Source: Candidatus Freyarchaeum deiterrae (lineage in GTDB: Archaea > Asgardarchaeota > Jordiarchaeia > Jordiarchaeales > Jordiarchaeaceae). Taken from it: a stretch of DNA of 64,000 nt. Every line of letters starts with the position of its first letter. The stretch's first letter is position 1. The stretch lies in the NCBI GenBank assembly GCA_037305845.1, contig CP147778.1, positions 1,728,001 through 1,792,000 of the forward strand, in the 5' to 3' direction. This document shows positions 9,320-19,800 of the stretch, piece after piece. The notes under the pieces are model-generated. The model was not told where the DNA came from, did not search any database, and worked only from the letters and a program-made list of their open reading frames with translations. The translations under genes were made by a program, and so were the position numbers.

Positions 9320-11521
9320 ATGCCGAAATTTAAGCAAACAGAAGAAATCCTAAAGATAATGAAAGACAAGGAAAACATAAGAAACGCAGGAATCATCGCC
9401 CACGTTGACCACGGCAAAACCACCCTGTCTGATTCTCTGCTAGCAGAGGCAGGTATGCTCTCCCCCAGCGTAGCGGGAGAAGCAAGAGCTTTAGACTACT
9501 TAGAAGAAGAGCAAAAAAGAGGAATAACGATAAAAGCCGCAAACATCTCCCTCCTCCACGAGGAAGAAGGAAAGGAATACGTCATTAATTTGATTGATAC
9601 CCCGGGACATGTTGACTTTACCGGTAATGTTACGCGTGCTCTTCGTGCCATTGATGGTGCTAATGTTGTGGTGGATGCTGTTGAGGAGGTTATGGTCCAA
9701 ACTGAGACTGTGACTAGGCAGGCGCTAGGTGAGCGGGTTAGGCCTGTGCTTTTCATTAATAAGATTGATCGTTTGATTCGTGAGCTTAAGTTGGATGCTC
9801 CTGCTGTTCAGGAGAAGCTCAACCGAATAATAAGAGACTTCAATGGACTGATAAACACTTACGGTGAACCGGAATTTAAGGATAAGTGGAAGGTTAATCC
9901 TGCTGAGGGTACTGTTTCTTTTGGCTCCGCGCTTCACGGTTGGGGTTTTACGCTTGCTCAGATGCAGGAGCAGGGTTTGAAGTTCAGTGATATTGTTGCT
10001 TACTATAATGAGGATCGCTATGAAGAGTTAAAGAAGATACTTCCAGTTCACGGTGCTATACTTGACATGATTATAAACCATTTACCTAATCCTCTGGAAG
10101 CGCAGCCATATCGTATTCCAAAGATTTGGTTAGGTGATCCAGAAAGCGAAATTGGAAAGGCTATGAAAGCGTGTGACGAGAATGCGCCAACAGTTATCTG
10201 TCTAAATAAGGTGGTGGTTGACCCTCATGCGGGTATTGTTTCCACGGGAAGGGTCTTCTCGGGTACTATAAGTGAAGGTGACAATGTTTACTGTGTGACG
10301 GGAAAGAAGGGTTACCGTGTGCAGCAAATGAGTATTTACATGGGTGCTCGGCGGGAGATCGTAGATGCAATCCCTGCGGGTAACATAGCAGCCTTACTAG
10401 GTTTGGATGTTGCTCGAGCAGGTGAAACGGTTTGTAGTGAATCCGTTAAAGCTGAGGTTGTTCCCTTTGAAAAAATTAAGTATGTTTCGGAGCCAGTCAT
10501 CACAATTGCTGTTGAACCCAAACATCCCAAAGACTTGCCTAAACTCATTGATTTAATGCAGAAACTTTCTATTCAAGACCCAAACCTGGTAACTACAATC
10601 AACCAAGAAACTGGAGAATACCTATTGTCTGGTATGGGTGAGCTTCATCTCGAAATTTCGGTGAAAGAAATACAGAATGCTGTAGATGTGACAACTTCGC
10701 AGCCTATAGTGGTTTACCGTGAAACGATAACTGGAGTTGGTGGGCCCGTACTGGGTAAGAGCCCTAACAAGCATAGTAGGGTTTGGATAGTTGTGGAACC
10801 ACTTAACGAGGAGACCATCAAACTAATGGTTGATGGTGAAATATCCGAGTATCAAGACGCCTCCTCTAGAACTAAACTTCTAAGGGAAAAGGGGGGTTGG
10901 GATGCTAAGGATGCGAGAAACGTTTGGGCGTTGGACGAGCATGTAAACATTGTCGTGGATCAAACTAAGGGTGTTCAGTATATGCGAGAGGTTAAGGATA
11001 CTATGATAGCTGGAGTTAGATGGGCGACTGAGTCCGGTCCTTTGGCAGAGGAACCGATAAGAGGAATAAGAATTAACGTAACTGATTGCACGTTACACGA
11101 AGACCCCATTCACAGGGGGCCGGCTCAAGTAATGCCTATGACTAGAAGAGCAATCTGGGGCGCGTTTCTGAGCGCTGAACCAACACTTCTAGAACCAATT
11201 TACAAAATTCAAGCAAACATACCTCCAGATTACATAGGCACAGTTTCCGGTATTCTGTCACAAAGGCGAGGACATGTAATAGATGTACAACAGAAGGGAA
11301 CGCTAGCCTACATAACGGGTGAAATTCCAGTTAGAGAAACATTCGGATTAGCCAGTGACATGCGTGCAAAAACATCTGGAAGAGCCTTCTGGCAAACACA
11401 GTTCACGAAATGGGAAGCTTTACCAAAAAGCCTATCTAAAGAGGTAATCGCTGAAATACGCAAGAGAAAGGGACTAAAACCAGAACCACCTGTAGCGTCA
11501 GAATACATTGATACAATTTAA
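9320..11521 (+). CDS. fusA: translation elongation factor 2 (canonical HRG diphthamide loop)
   Basis: AHVDHGKTT, RGITI, DTPGH, NKID, GMGELHL, LHEDPIHRGPAQ. Confidence 0.97.
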   Translation: MPKFKQTEEILKIMKDKENIRNAGIIAHVDHGKTTLSDSLLAEAGMLSPSVAGEARALDYLEEEQKRGITIKAANISLLHEEEGKEYVINLIDTPGHVDFTGNVTRALRAIDGANVVVDAVEEVMVQTETVTRQALGERVRPVLFINKIDRLIRELKLDAPAVQEKLNRIIRDFNGLINTYGEPEFKDKWKVNPAEGTVSFGSALHGWGFTLAQMQEQGLKFSDIVAYYNEDRYEELKKILPVHGAILDMIINHLPNPLEAQPYRIPKIWLGDPESEIGKAMKACDENAPTVICLNKVVVDPHAGIVSTGRVFSGTISEGDNVYCVTGKKGYRVQQMSIYMGARREIVDAIPAGNIAALLGLDVARAGETVCSESVKAEVVPFEKIKYVSEPVITIAVEPKHPKDLPKLIDLMQKLSIQDPNLVTTINQETGEYLLSGMGELHLEISVKEIQNAVDVTTSQPIVVYRETITGVGGPVLGKSPNKHSRVWIVVEPLNEETIKLMVDGEISEYQDASSRTKLLREKGGWDAKDARNVWALDEHVNIVVDQTKGVQYMREVKDTMIAGVRWATESGPLAEEPIRGIRINVTDCTLHEDPIHRGPAQVMPMTRRAIWGAFLSAEPTLLEPIYKIQANIPPDYIGTVSGILSQRRGHVIDVQQKGTLAYITGEIPVRETFGLASDMRAKTSGRAFWQTQFTKWEALPKSLSKEVIAEIRKRKGLKPEPPVASEYIDTI

Positions 11522-11555
11522 ACTTATTTTTCTATTGACGTAAAGAATCCCAAAA

Positions 11556-11580
11556 TCCCCTGAATATGGGGACTTTTTTT
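11556..11580 (+). terminator. hairpin plus T-tract after EF-2
   Basis: TCCCC-TGAATAT-GGGGA followed by CT7. Confidence 0.5.
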
Positions 11581-11626
11581 ATTTAACCAAAAAAAATTTA
11601 TTGAACCGAGATTAAAGCAACAGTAA

Positions 11627-11754
11627 GCGGCTGTAGTCCAGAAGTAGGTTAACTACTGGGCAGCCTGGTCTAGGACCTTGGCCTCCCAAGCCAGAAACGC
11701 GGGTTCAAAAAAAATGGGAAATCCCCTTTTCTGAAACTCCCGCCAGCCGCACCA
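11627..11754 (+). tRNA. tRNA-Gly(CCC) with two introns (15/16: 11642-11663; 59/60: 11710-11737), CCA encoded
   Basis: Acceptor GCGGCTG/CAGCCGC and anticodon arm TTGGC-CTCCCAA-GCCAG. BHB central helices GTCC/GGGC and TTCA/TGAA. Confidence 0.92.
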
Positions 11755-11841
11755 AACAAGCAAACAATCAACCAACTCCTTTGCGATTTTTTGTTTGCGT
11801 TTTTGGAATATTTTTTAATATTTAAAACGTATATTAAACTA

Positions 11842-11910
11842 CGTGCAAACGATGATATATCTGACCCCTCTGACCACCCGTGATGAGGAAACTTGAATTA
11901 TACATGTTTT
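11842..11910 (+). ncRNA. diverged C/D box sRNA paralog (terminal D box degenerate)
   Basis: TTTTAATA at 11813-11820, then GATGATA-TATCTGACCCCT-CTGA-CCACCC-GTGATGA-GGAAACTTGAAT. Homologous to the minus-strand copy but lacks a final CTGA. Confidence 0.5.
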
Positions 11911-12044
11911 TCGGGAAAGTTTCTATTCTTAATTGTCATTTAGAATTATTCTAAAAATTTTGTTATAATATTTGGATGGATATGAAGAAAAGGAAGTTAC
12001 ATTAATTCAGCTTGATTATTCTTTATCTCTTAAAGCAATAAGAA

Positions 12045-12114
12045 ACACAAGCTCAGCACTCAAGATCAACATCATTCCGATGGTCAGTGGGGTCAGATTT
12101 ATCATCGCTTGTGT
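12045..12114 (-). ncRNA. C/D box sRNA (2'-O-methylation guide)
   Basis: ACACAAGC-GATGATA(C)-AATCTGACCCCA-CTGA(D')-CCATCGGA-ATGATGT(C')-TGATCTTGAGTG-CTGA(D)-GCTTGTGT. Two 12-nt guides, a perfect 8-bp terminal stem, and TTTTAATA about 25 nt upstream. Confidence 0.85.
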
Positions 12115-12430
12115 GTAATTTTATATATCCCTTTACATATTAAAATTTCTCTAAATTTTTATTGAAACTCTTAGTAGTAGTTCAAGAGCAACAAAGAAAT
12201 CATTATAAAAAAGATTCACCACAAACCATAAAAGAAAGCCCCCAGAAAAAACACTACCCCCACTACTAATTCCCGACAAATGAACCAGTATTGAGTTTGT
12301 ACTTTAAATTTATTTTAATAAATTTTCTTTTATTTTTTATTATTTGTTGATTACCCTCAGGTTTAAGTATTGTTTTTTGGGGGTTTTTTTATAATAATTT
12401 TCAGATACTGTTAGGCTGGGGCGATATTTA

Positions 12431-13441
12431 ATGAGATTGTCTGTTGGTAAGGTTCCTAATGATTTGTTAAAGAAGCTTGTATTTCCCTATGGTGGTATTA
12501 ATTGTGGTAGGGTGATTTGTGGCCCTGCTGTGGGTCAGGATGCGGCTGTAATTGATTTTGGTAAAAAATTGTTGATTGTGAGCACGGATCCTATTACTGG
12601 TACTCGTAGCCGGATGGGGTGGTATGCTATACATGTGAATGCGAATGATGTGGCAGTGAGGGGAGCTGCTCCGCTATATTTCACTTCTACGATTTTGTTA
12701 CCTGATGGGACGGACACCGATTTTTTGGAGGAGGTTTGTAAAGATGTGGATGAGGCTGCGAGAGAGATTGGTGTTTGTGTTGTTGGCGGTCATACTGAGG
12801 TTGTTCCCTACTTGGAGAATCCCTTGTTATGCGGCACCATGTTTGGGGAAACTACTATGGAGAAGTTGGTGTTGACGAGTGGCGCCCATGATGGTGATAT
12901 TATAATTTTGACAAAACACGTGGGTTTGGAAGGTGCCTCTATTCTTGCCACTGATCGCTTTAAGGATTTGAATAAGATTTTGGATGAAAAACTTTTATTG
13001 AGTGCGCAGTCTTTTTCTGCCAGTCTTAGCGTTGTAAAGGAGGCTTTGGCGGTTAATAATACTGGGGTCGTAACCTCCATGCACGATCCAACAGAGGGTG
13101 GTTTGCTGGGCGGTTTAGTGGAGCTTGCAGACGCCTCAGATGTGGGTTTTAGAGTTGATGAAAATTTGATTCCCATTGCGAGAGAGACTTTGGAGATATG
13201 TTCCACTTTAGGGGTAGACCCCTTACGTTTAATTTCTAGTGGGGTTTTGTTGGTGACTGTTAAACCTGGAGGTGAGACTAAGGCTTTGGAGGCTACTAAA
13301 TCTCTTGGAATTAGCTCTAATATAATTGGTCGAGTTACATCCAGTGAAAGGATACTGGTACGCGATGGGGGAGAAGAGGTTAACGTGGGTTCATCCACCA
13401 AGGAACAATTGTGGGACGCTCTCAGAGCTAAACTAGGTTAA
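12431..13441 (+). CDS. AIR synthase / HypE-like family protein
   Basis: GQDAAVI, STDPIT, NANDVA, GGHTE, MHDPTEGG, SSG.LL. Confidence 0.85.
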   Translation: MRLSVGKVPNDLLKKLVFPYGGINCGRVICGPAVGQDAAVIDFGKKLLIVSTDPITGTRSRMGWYAIHVNANDVAVRGAAPLYFTSTILLPDGTDTDFLEEVCKDVDEAAREIGVCVVGGHTEVVPYLENPLLCGTMFGETTMEKLVLTSGAHDGDIIILTKHVGLEGASILATDRFKDLNKILDEKLLLSAQSFSASLSVVKEALAVNNTGVVTSMHDPTEGGLLGGLVELADASDVGFRVDENLIPIARETLEICSTLGVDPLRLISSGVLLVTVKPGGETKALEATKSLGISSNIIGRVTSSERILVRDGGEEVNVGSSTKEQLWDALRAKLG

Positions 13442-13533
13442 CTATTATCTTATTTTTTTAAAAATACTTTTCAATATTTTTTACAATTAATTCTGCTTTC
13501 CCAGCTGCATTTTCCAAGAAAGAAAAAAATATT

Positions 13534-14919
13534 TTAGCTATGATTATCCCCATTTTTGGGTTCTGGAATTTCGGTGAATTTTTGATAAATTTTGAGGGTT
13601 AATGGGTCCCACATCCATTTCTGGTTTTTGTCGTTGAACATTTCTGTGATGCTTTCTGGAAAACTTTTTGTTTGAATCGTATAATTAGAGAATTGAATAT
13701 CTGGGTATTTTCTTTCTAGTATTTTTTTGATTTTTGTTTTTGATCCTAAGGGGAGTTTGATTTGAATAACGGTTTGTTTTGTTTTTTTGTTATAGTCAGT
13801 TAGTTCATAAACCGTGGTTTGTGGGAGTTTCAAGAATGCAACTGGGAGTTCTTGGATATTTTTCTTAAGTATGAGAAGTAGGTTTTCTTTTAGCCCAGTT
13901 CTTTCTGAGAGTTGTGCGATTGGAGTGAAATATTTTTCGTTGTATAAAATTTTTTTGCATAATGATACCTTTGATTCACTGGTATTCAGAGCTTTTGCGA
14001 TATCTCGTTGTTCCTTTCTGAAGTTCTCTGTTAAATGGGATAGAATTTTCAAATCTGTTTTTTTAATTTTTCTCTTTTTGTTGGTACTATCGCTTTCTTT
14101 AACGGGCAGGCTTAATTTCTCCTGTTCTTCCAGTTGTAGCTCCCAGTGAGACCAGTTTATGTTCCAGCTTTTACTATTCTGATCATAAAAAGTGAAATTA
14201 ATATTGTTGGTCACGAATGATTCTTCAAATATCTGCTGATTCTGCAGATATCTGGTAATTATTTTTTCGCCTTCTTTTACATTGGACTTTGGTAGTAACA
14301 TTTCCCACAATCTTGTGCTGTTACACCAACCATTATTCTTTTGGGACGATGTTAGATACTGACTATTTATCTCTCTTTCACTGTCTTTGGTAATCACTAC
14401 CAGCGGTACGAGTTCCAATTTCTCGTAATTTGGAACTGCTACTGTTTTATAAACTTCTCCGGTAGTGAGTTGATTGTATCTTTTTTGAACTGTACCCCAA
14501 CTTAGTTTGGTTATAGAGCAGATGCCTTCCAATGTTATTAGAGGATTTTGATTAATTGCTTCAAGTATTTTAACATCACTAGATTTTAATCTTATAGTAA
14601 AACTTTGAAGCCCGTTTTTAAAAATCTCAAAAAATCTTCCCGCTTCAATGTTTAAATCATTCAATTTAGCTGTTTTCAACTCTTCTAGGAAATAATTCAA
14701 AAATTGTTTTTCTAATACACCATCGAAAGTTGCCAGTTGATTTAATAAAGTTGTATAGTCATCAAATGCCCCTGCTTCATTTATTACAGATACAAGTTTC
14801 GGAAATTTTTCTATAATAGTATCAACTGTTTCCTTCTCTTTCCTCGCTTTTCTTGTTCTATACTCTTTTTCTGCTGCTACGGACTTATAATTTGGTTTTC
14901 CTTGTACGATCATAGTCAT
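13534..14919 (-). CDS. putative regulator with two Lrp/AsnC-like winged HTH modules
   Basis: DVKILEAINQNP..TLEGICSITKLSWGTVQKRYNQL and DLKILSHLTEN..EQRDIAKALNTSESKVS. Confidence 0.6.
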   Translation of the reverse strand: MTMIVQGKPNYKSVAAEKEYRTRKARKEKETVDTIIEKFPKLVSVINEAGAFDDYTTLLNQLATFDGVLEKQFLNYFLEELKTAKLNDLNIEAGRFFEIFKNGLQSFTIRLKSSDVKILEAINQNPLITLEGICSITKLSWGTVQKRYNQLTTGEVYKTVAVPNYEKLELVPLVVITKDSEREINSQYLTSSQKNNGWCNSTRLWEMLLPKSNVKEGEKIITRYLQNQQIFEESFVTNNINFTFYDQNSKSWNINWSHWELQLEEQEKLSLPVKESDSTNKKRKIKKTDLKILSHLTENFRKEQRDIAKALNTSESKVSLCKKILYNEKYFTPIAQLSERTGLKENLLLILKKNIQELPVAFLKLPQTTVYELTDYNKKTKQTVIQIKLPLGSKTKIKKILERKYPDIQFSNYTIQTKSFPESITEMFNDKNQKWMWDPLTLKIYQKFTEIPEPKNGDNHS

Positions 14920-15015
14920 CTCATAAAATTCTTATAGAATAGTATTTATTCTCCACGAAAAAGATATTTTTAATACAGGAATTAGAAAAGATAGTTGGGT
15001 ATTTTAGAGTTCTGG

Positions 15016-15318
15016 TTATTTTGCTGTTTTTCTTTTCAAAATAATTAGTCTTAATTTTTTCTCATCGATCCGAAATACGTTTTTAATAATTGAAATTACC
15101 GATATTGGAATATAGATATTCCCTCTCTCATCTTTCGTCAGTCTCTGAAGGAGTTCTTCGGATTTATTTGTCTTTGCTAGAATAGCCTGTATTCTACCAC
15201 TTTTCTTATCAATGACTAAATCTACTATCTGCCCCACTTTCCTCCCGAATTCATTTACTATCTCTCTATTAATGATACTGTGTAGTAGCTCTTTAGACAA
15301 TGCCACACCCCGTTTCAT
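15016..15318 (-). CDS. PRC-barrel domain protein
   Basis: IINREIVNEFGRKVGQIVDLVIDKKSGRI pattern. Confidence 0.8.
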   Translation of the reverse strand: MKRGVALSKELLHSIINREIVNEFGRKVGQIVDLVIDKKSGRIQAILAKTNKSEELLQRLTKDERGNIYIPISVISIIKNVFRIDEKKLRLIILKRKTAK

Positions 15319-15518
15319 TTATGATTAAAAAGATAGTGGCATACCTTTTTAATAAAATTTTGTGAAGTGAAGCAAAATTTGGTTTCAGGGAAACCTACAA
15401 TAATATAATTTAGTACTGGTTCAAAAATTGGGAATCTGCAGCATCCACTTTTCTCTCTTCATTGATTTATTTAATTGGGAAATGTTTAATTTCATATTAA
15501 ATAATCATTTAATGACGT

Positions 15519-16112
15519 TTGATTTTACATATTCTTGAGGATATGGTCTTGGAAGAATTTCGGATCGTTCTTGTACCAATAGGTGAAATCGATAAAAATC
15601 TACTTAAGAAACTACAGGATGAACTCAGCCTTATATTCCATCCTTTAAAAGTCACGATTTCAGAACCAATCTTGATACCTAAAGGCGCCTATAATTCTAA
15701 TAGGGGACAGTATAATTCTTCACCTTTTTTAGAGGCTTTGAGAAAACTTGTGGTTGATGAACACTCAAAATTCCTAGGTATAACCTCAGTTGATCTATTC
15801 ACACACGGTTTAAACTTCATATTCGGCCATGCGATTTTGGACGGTGGTGTTTGCATAATATCTACTCACAGACTTGAACCTGAATTCTATGAACAACTTT
15901 ATAATGAAAAAATTTTTGTTGAGCGTTCTATCAAAGAAGCGGTTCACGAGTTAGGACACATCTTCTCTCTTCAGCACTGCCAAAATCCGCGCTGTGTAAT
16001 GTGTTTTTCAAATCACATATTAGATACCGACCGAAAACGAAAAAATTTTTGCGAGAAGTGTCAATCCCAAATTATGAAAAACATTGATTTCATAAGGAAA
16101 GCCAACAATTAG
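15519..16112 (+). CDS. amzA: archaemetzincin Zn metalloprotease
   Basis: RGQY, LNFIFG, HELGHIFSLQHC, CVMCFSN, FCEKC. Confidence 0.9.
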   Translation: MILHILEDMVLEEFRIVLVPIGEIDKNLLKKLQDELSLIFHPLKVTISEPILIPKGAYNSNRGQYNSSPFLEALRKLVVDEHSKFLGITSVDLFTHGLNFIFGHAILDGGVCIISTHRLEPEFYEQLYNEKIFVERSIKEAVHELGHIFSLQHCQNPRCVMCFSNHILDTDRKRKNFCEKCQSQIMKNIDFIRKANN

Positions 16113-16316
16113 ATAACTGATTAAACTAATTATTCCGCTAGATCTCCTTGAAGAGCATTTGATTTTGTCTTCTTTTAAAAGCTTTTTAAAGTTTAAAGCT
16201 GCTTAATGAATATTTGTTTAATGCTTAATTACGTCCAAAAAATTATAATAATTTTATCAAGGGCAAAACTAAAAAATAGGCGCTTGCAATACATTTTAGT
16301 ACTGAGCACAAAATTT

Positions 16317-16389
16317 GGGCGTATGGTCCAGTGGTTATGACACTGCGTTCACATCGCAGTAATCCGCGGTTCGAATCCGCGTACGCCCA
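16317..16389 (+). tRNA. tRNA-Val(CAC), intronless, CCA not encoded
   Basis: GGGCGTA/TACGCCC acceptor, CTGCG-TTCACAT-CGCAG anticodon arm, TTCGAAT T loop. Confidence 0.95.
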
Positions 16390-16517
16390 CATAACATTTT
16401 TTCTGAGAAATCTTTCATCTATTAAAAACTAAATTAGCTTCAGTTCTTTGAGTTTGTTACTATTAAATTTTGTTTTCCAAACTTGGTTTAAGACTTAACA
16501 AAACAGGGAGTAGTAAG

Positions 16518-16793
16518 TTATGGCAAATCTTGTTGTCCGAGTCCAGTTAAGTACCACTGGTGCGGCTTTTCTTGGGTTTTATCTACTATGCCCTCTTTTT
16601 TCATACTTCTGAGTTGTTGCCGTACTCTTGCGTATGACATGTTCAAGTTCTCTGCTATTTCACTAACAGTTTTTGATTTTTGTCTAATTTGCTTCAGTAT
16701 TTGAGTCCTAGTTTCTATTCCTGGTGTAACATTCTTCTTTTTTCTTAAAACCGCCTTAGCCTCATGTAACCTTTTTTTCCAAATCGGCGACAT
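16518..16793 (-). CDS. small ArsR-like winged-HTH protein
   Basis: TRTQILKQI..KTVSEIAENLNMSYARVRQQLRSMKKEGIV, W.LTG.GQ. Confidence 0.75.
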   Translation of the reverse strand: MSPIWKKRLHEAKAVLRKKKNVTPGIETRTQILKQIRQKSKTVSEIAENLNMSYARVRQQLRSMKKEGIVDKTQEKPHQWYLTGLGQQDLP

Positions 16794-16890
16794 TTTTACC
16801 CTCTAACTAATTTTTCAGGGGATTCTATCTAAATTTTTCTATTTTAAAATTAAAATTTTTAGTTTAAACTTTCTGTTATAGTTAAGAATA

Positions 16891-19800
16891 CTAGAAGAAC
16901 TCGCTCAGTTTAGCTTGTTTGGCTTTTTCTTCCTCGAATATTAACCCGATATTTTGCTTTAGCAGTTTTAATCTCTGCTTTATGTATGGCGCCAGATCAT
17001 ATTTCTCCGAAATTTCTATTGCGAAGGGAAGGTATTTTTCTATTCCTGCTTGGTGGACTGTTAAGATAATTTTTCCTCCGCAAGAAGGGCATTTACCCTG
17101 AAGGGGTGGGCGTCTATACTTTTTATTACAATTTAAACATCTAATTCTTTGAGTAGAAAACGCTTTTAGGTTACCCGCAATGTCGCGAATGAAATGCTTT
17201 TGAATTATCCTAGTAGCCACCGACTTTGGGTCTGACGCCCGTATTTTGGTTGATAATTCTAACTGCGCCTGAACCTTCTCCATCATGGTTCCTAGTTCCT
17301 TATACTTTGATCTTGGAGGGCCTTGAAAGATATTTTTTGTTGGATGAGTAAATTTGAAGTTTTCATATTGCTCTGGTGTGTCTAGACGGTGTGCAACGAT
17401 GTCCATTGACTTCTCAATTTTTTTGGGATCCTCGTACTGTAAAGTTTTTTCGTAAAATTCTAAAGGATAATGATCCATTACGTCCATATTGTGTGACTCA
17501 CTATCAACTTCTTGAGGGTCCAAACGCACCGCTATAACTAGAGGGATATCCATCATTCCCCCTCTTTTTTTAGGCAAGAAAAATTTGGAGAAGTTTAACA
17601 ACGGATCCAAGGCAAGCATTACCGCGTCTTCGTCTCCGTCACAGTTTCTTCTTTTTGCAGCATGCCAGTATGGATGGGCGTAGCAAACTTGGGCTTTGGT
17701 AAAACCAATAACACGCCCAACAATACCGACCGAGGTGTGCGGTGCGAGACCTACTATAAGATGCCCAACAAGATCCTCCCTACTTTTTACCTGGTAGTAA
17801 GATGGTAGTACATAAAATTTTGTTAGCAGCTCATCAATAAAGTTAGCTAATGCGACGAGGTAATCGCCGCAATTCTCTGAAACTATTATGTCCTGAGGTT
17901 TCAACTCTACTATTTGTTCCTCGTTTTCTAGCGGATTGCCTTTATAATCTCGATTGTAACCTAGTTCGTGCAGCTTCTCTACGGGGACCGCTATCTCACC
18001 GGGCTTGAAGTGAGTAATTGGAGCATCGGTGGCATCAAATCTCAAGGTGCCATCTTTATACACGTATAAATCATGTTTAGCTCGTAGAATACCCTTCTCT
18101 AAAGGCTCTGGAACTTTGGACTCACTTATAAGTCCCTGAACCCCTTTCACCTCTTTGATAGTTTCTACTCCTACTCTTTGTAAGGCATTTTGAAATTCCT
18201 CTTTCAAGTTTATTTCTCTACCTTCATATGGGTGCATTTTTCCCCCACATTTAGGACAAGTTGTTGCCTCCGAAGAAAAATCACACTGTAAACAAGTGTT
18301 CACTGTTAAAGTTCGCTTTTTACAAGAAGGACAAAAATTACTGAATGTTACAGATTCACAGTCTGGGCATCTCCTTTTGGCAATTTCAACAGATATCACT
18401 CCTCTCTCTGCAGCTTTGACTATGTTTCTTGTGCTACCTCCCTCTAATCCAACGGGAAATAAAACATGCACCGGAGGAGAAAGCTTCCTTTCTTTAGCTT
18501 TTTCCGGTCTTCCCATCCTGGCACCAATATAAATTGGGGCCTTTTCTCGTATAGGTATATCCGTAAGCGATTTCACTACGTCAAGTCCACTCATTCCCTC
18601 ACCAAATTGATATAATGCGAGTTTTTGTACTTCCTTACCTTTTGATAGGCATCTCAATAGAATGGGAGCGTGTTCAGAGATTATGATTTTGTTATTTTCA
18701 AATCTATGCGGAACGCCAAGTCGTTCTAGAATTTCTTTTACGTTCTGTGGGACTTCGGCAGTAATCTCATCTTGCTCACTTGCATCAACTTTATCTAACC
18801 ACTTTTTAAGTTCCATAGCTTCATCCGCGTGTATATCATGCCAATAATACGTATATTCTGGGTGAAGGGGCAGGTTTAAAGCCTCACTAATATTTAGAGC
18901 CTCTTTCGCAGTAGGTACAAAATAGAAATAATCCTCGATAATACGTTTCAGACGTTCTTGGTTAACCCCCATAAAACTAGAAGCTCGCTGCATATCCTCC
19001 CCAAATTTTTCATTAATCTTTTTCCTAAATTCTTGAATCCACCATTCCACACAATAACCTGAGGGAATTAGGGGATGATTATTTTCCAGAAATTCTCCAA
19101 AAGCTATAAGAAGGTCTCCTAGAAACAAAATTTTGTCTACTTTATTAACAACTTCTAAAGCTTCTTCTATAGTATTGACTCTTCTCACAGAGCCATCCAA
19201 CGTCTTCACAATGGGGCCTTCAATACTGTCCACAGGGAGGACTATCGCACCCTTGCCCGGTCTTTCTGTACGAATATGCGTTCCAGAAACCAAGAATTCA
19301 TCTAAAATAACCATAGTAGCAGGATTAATACCAACTGCTGAAAGACCTGTATCTCTGGAACGCCCATATCTAGGCCGGAAACTACCAATAGCAGACGGTT
19401 CTCCAAAAACCGGGCGTCCAGCAATAACATCTGCGAGATAAGTTGCACTAGGCTTTACTTCAAACTTCTCTTTTTCCTCTTTAGATTCTGACAACCATTC
19501 CCATCCTTCGAATCCAATACGATCAACAATTTTTCTAAGTTTTGAAGACTTACCAATTAAGCCGTCATTGAGAACGAGAATAGCTCCTCCTCTCAATTGA
19601 TTTGTTTCAATTCTTGGAAGATTTCTATGCCCTGAAACTTCTATCTTATCCGTAGGCTCACCCGTCACCTCAACAGGAAGATTTTTCATAACCATTCTTA
19701 TCTTGTCTGGGGTTGAAGGGTACTGCAGATGCGCCACTCTATGCCCGTATAAATCAATCTCTTCAACAAAGCGTTCTATTTCCAAATCTGTAGGTTTATA

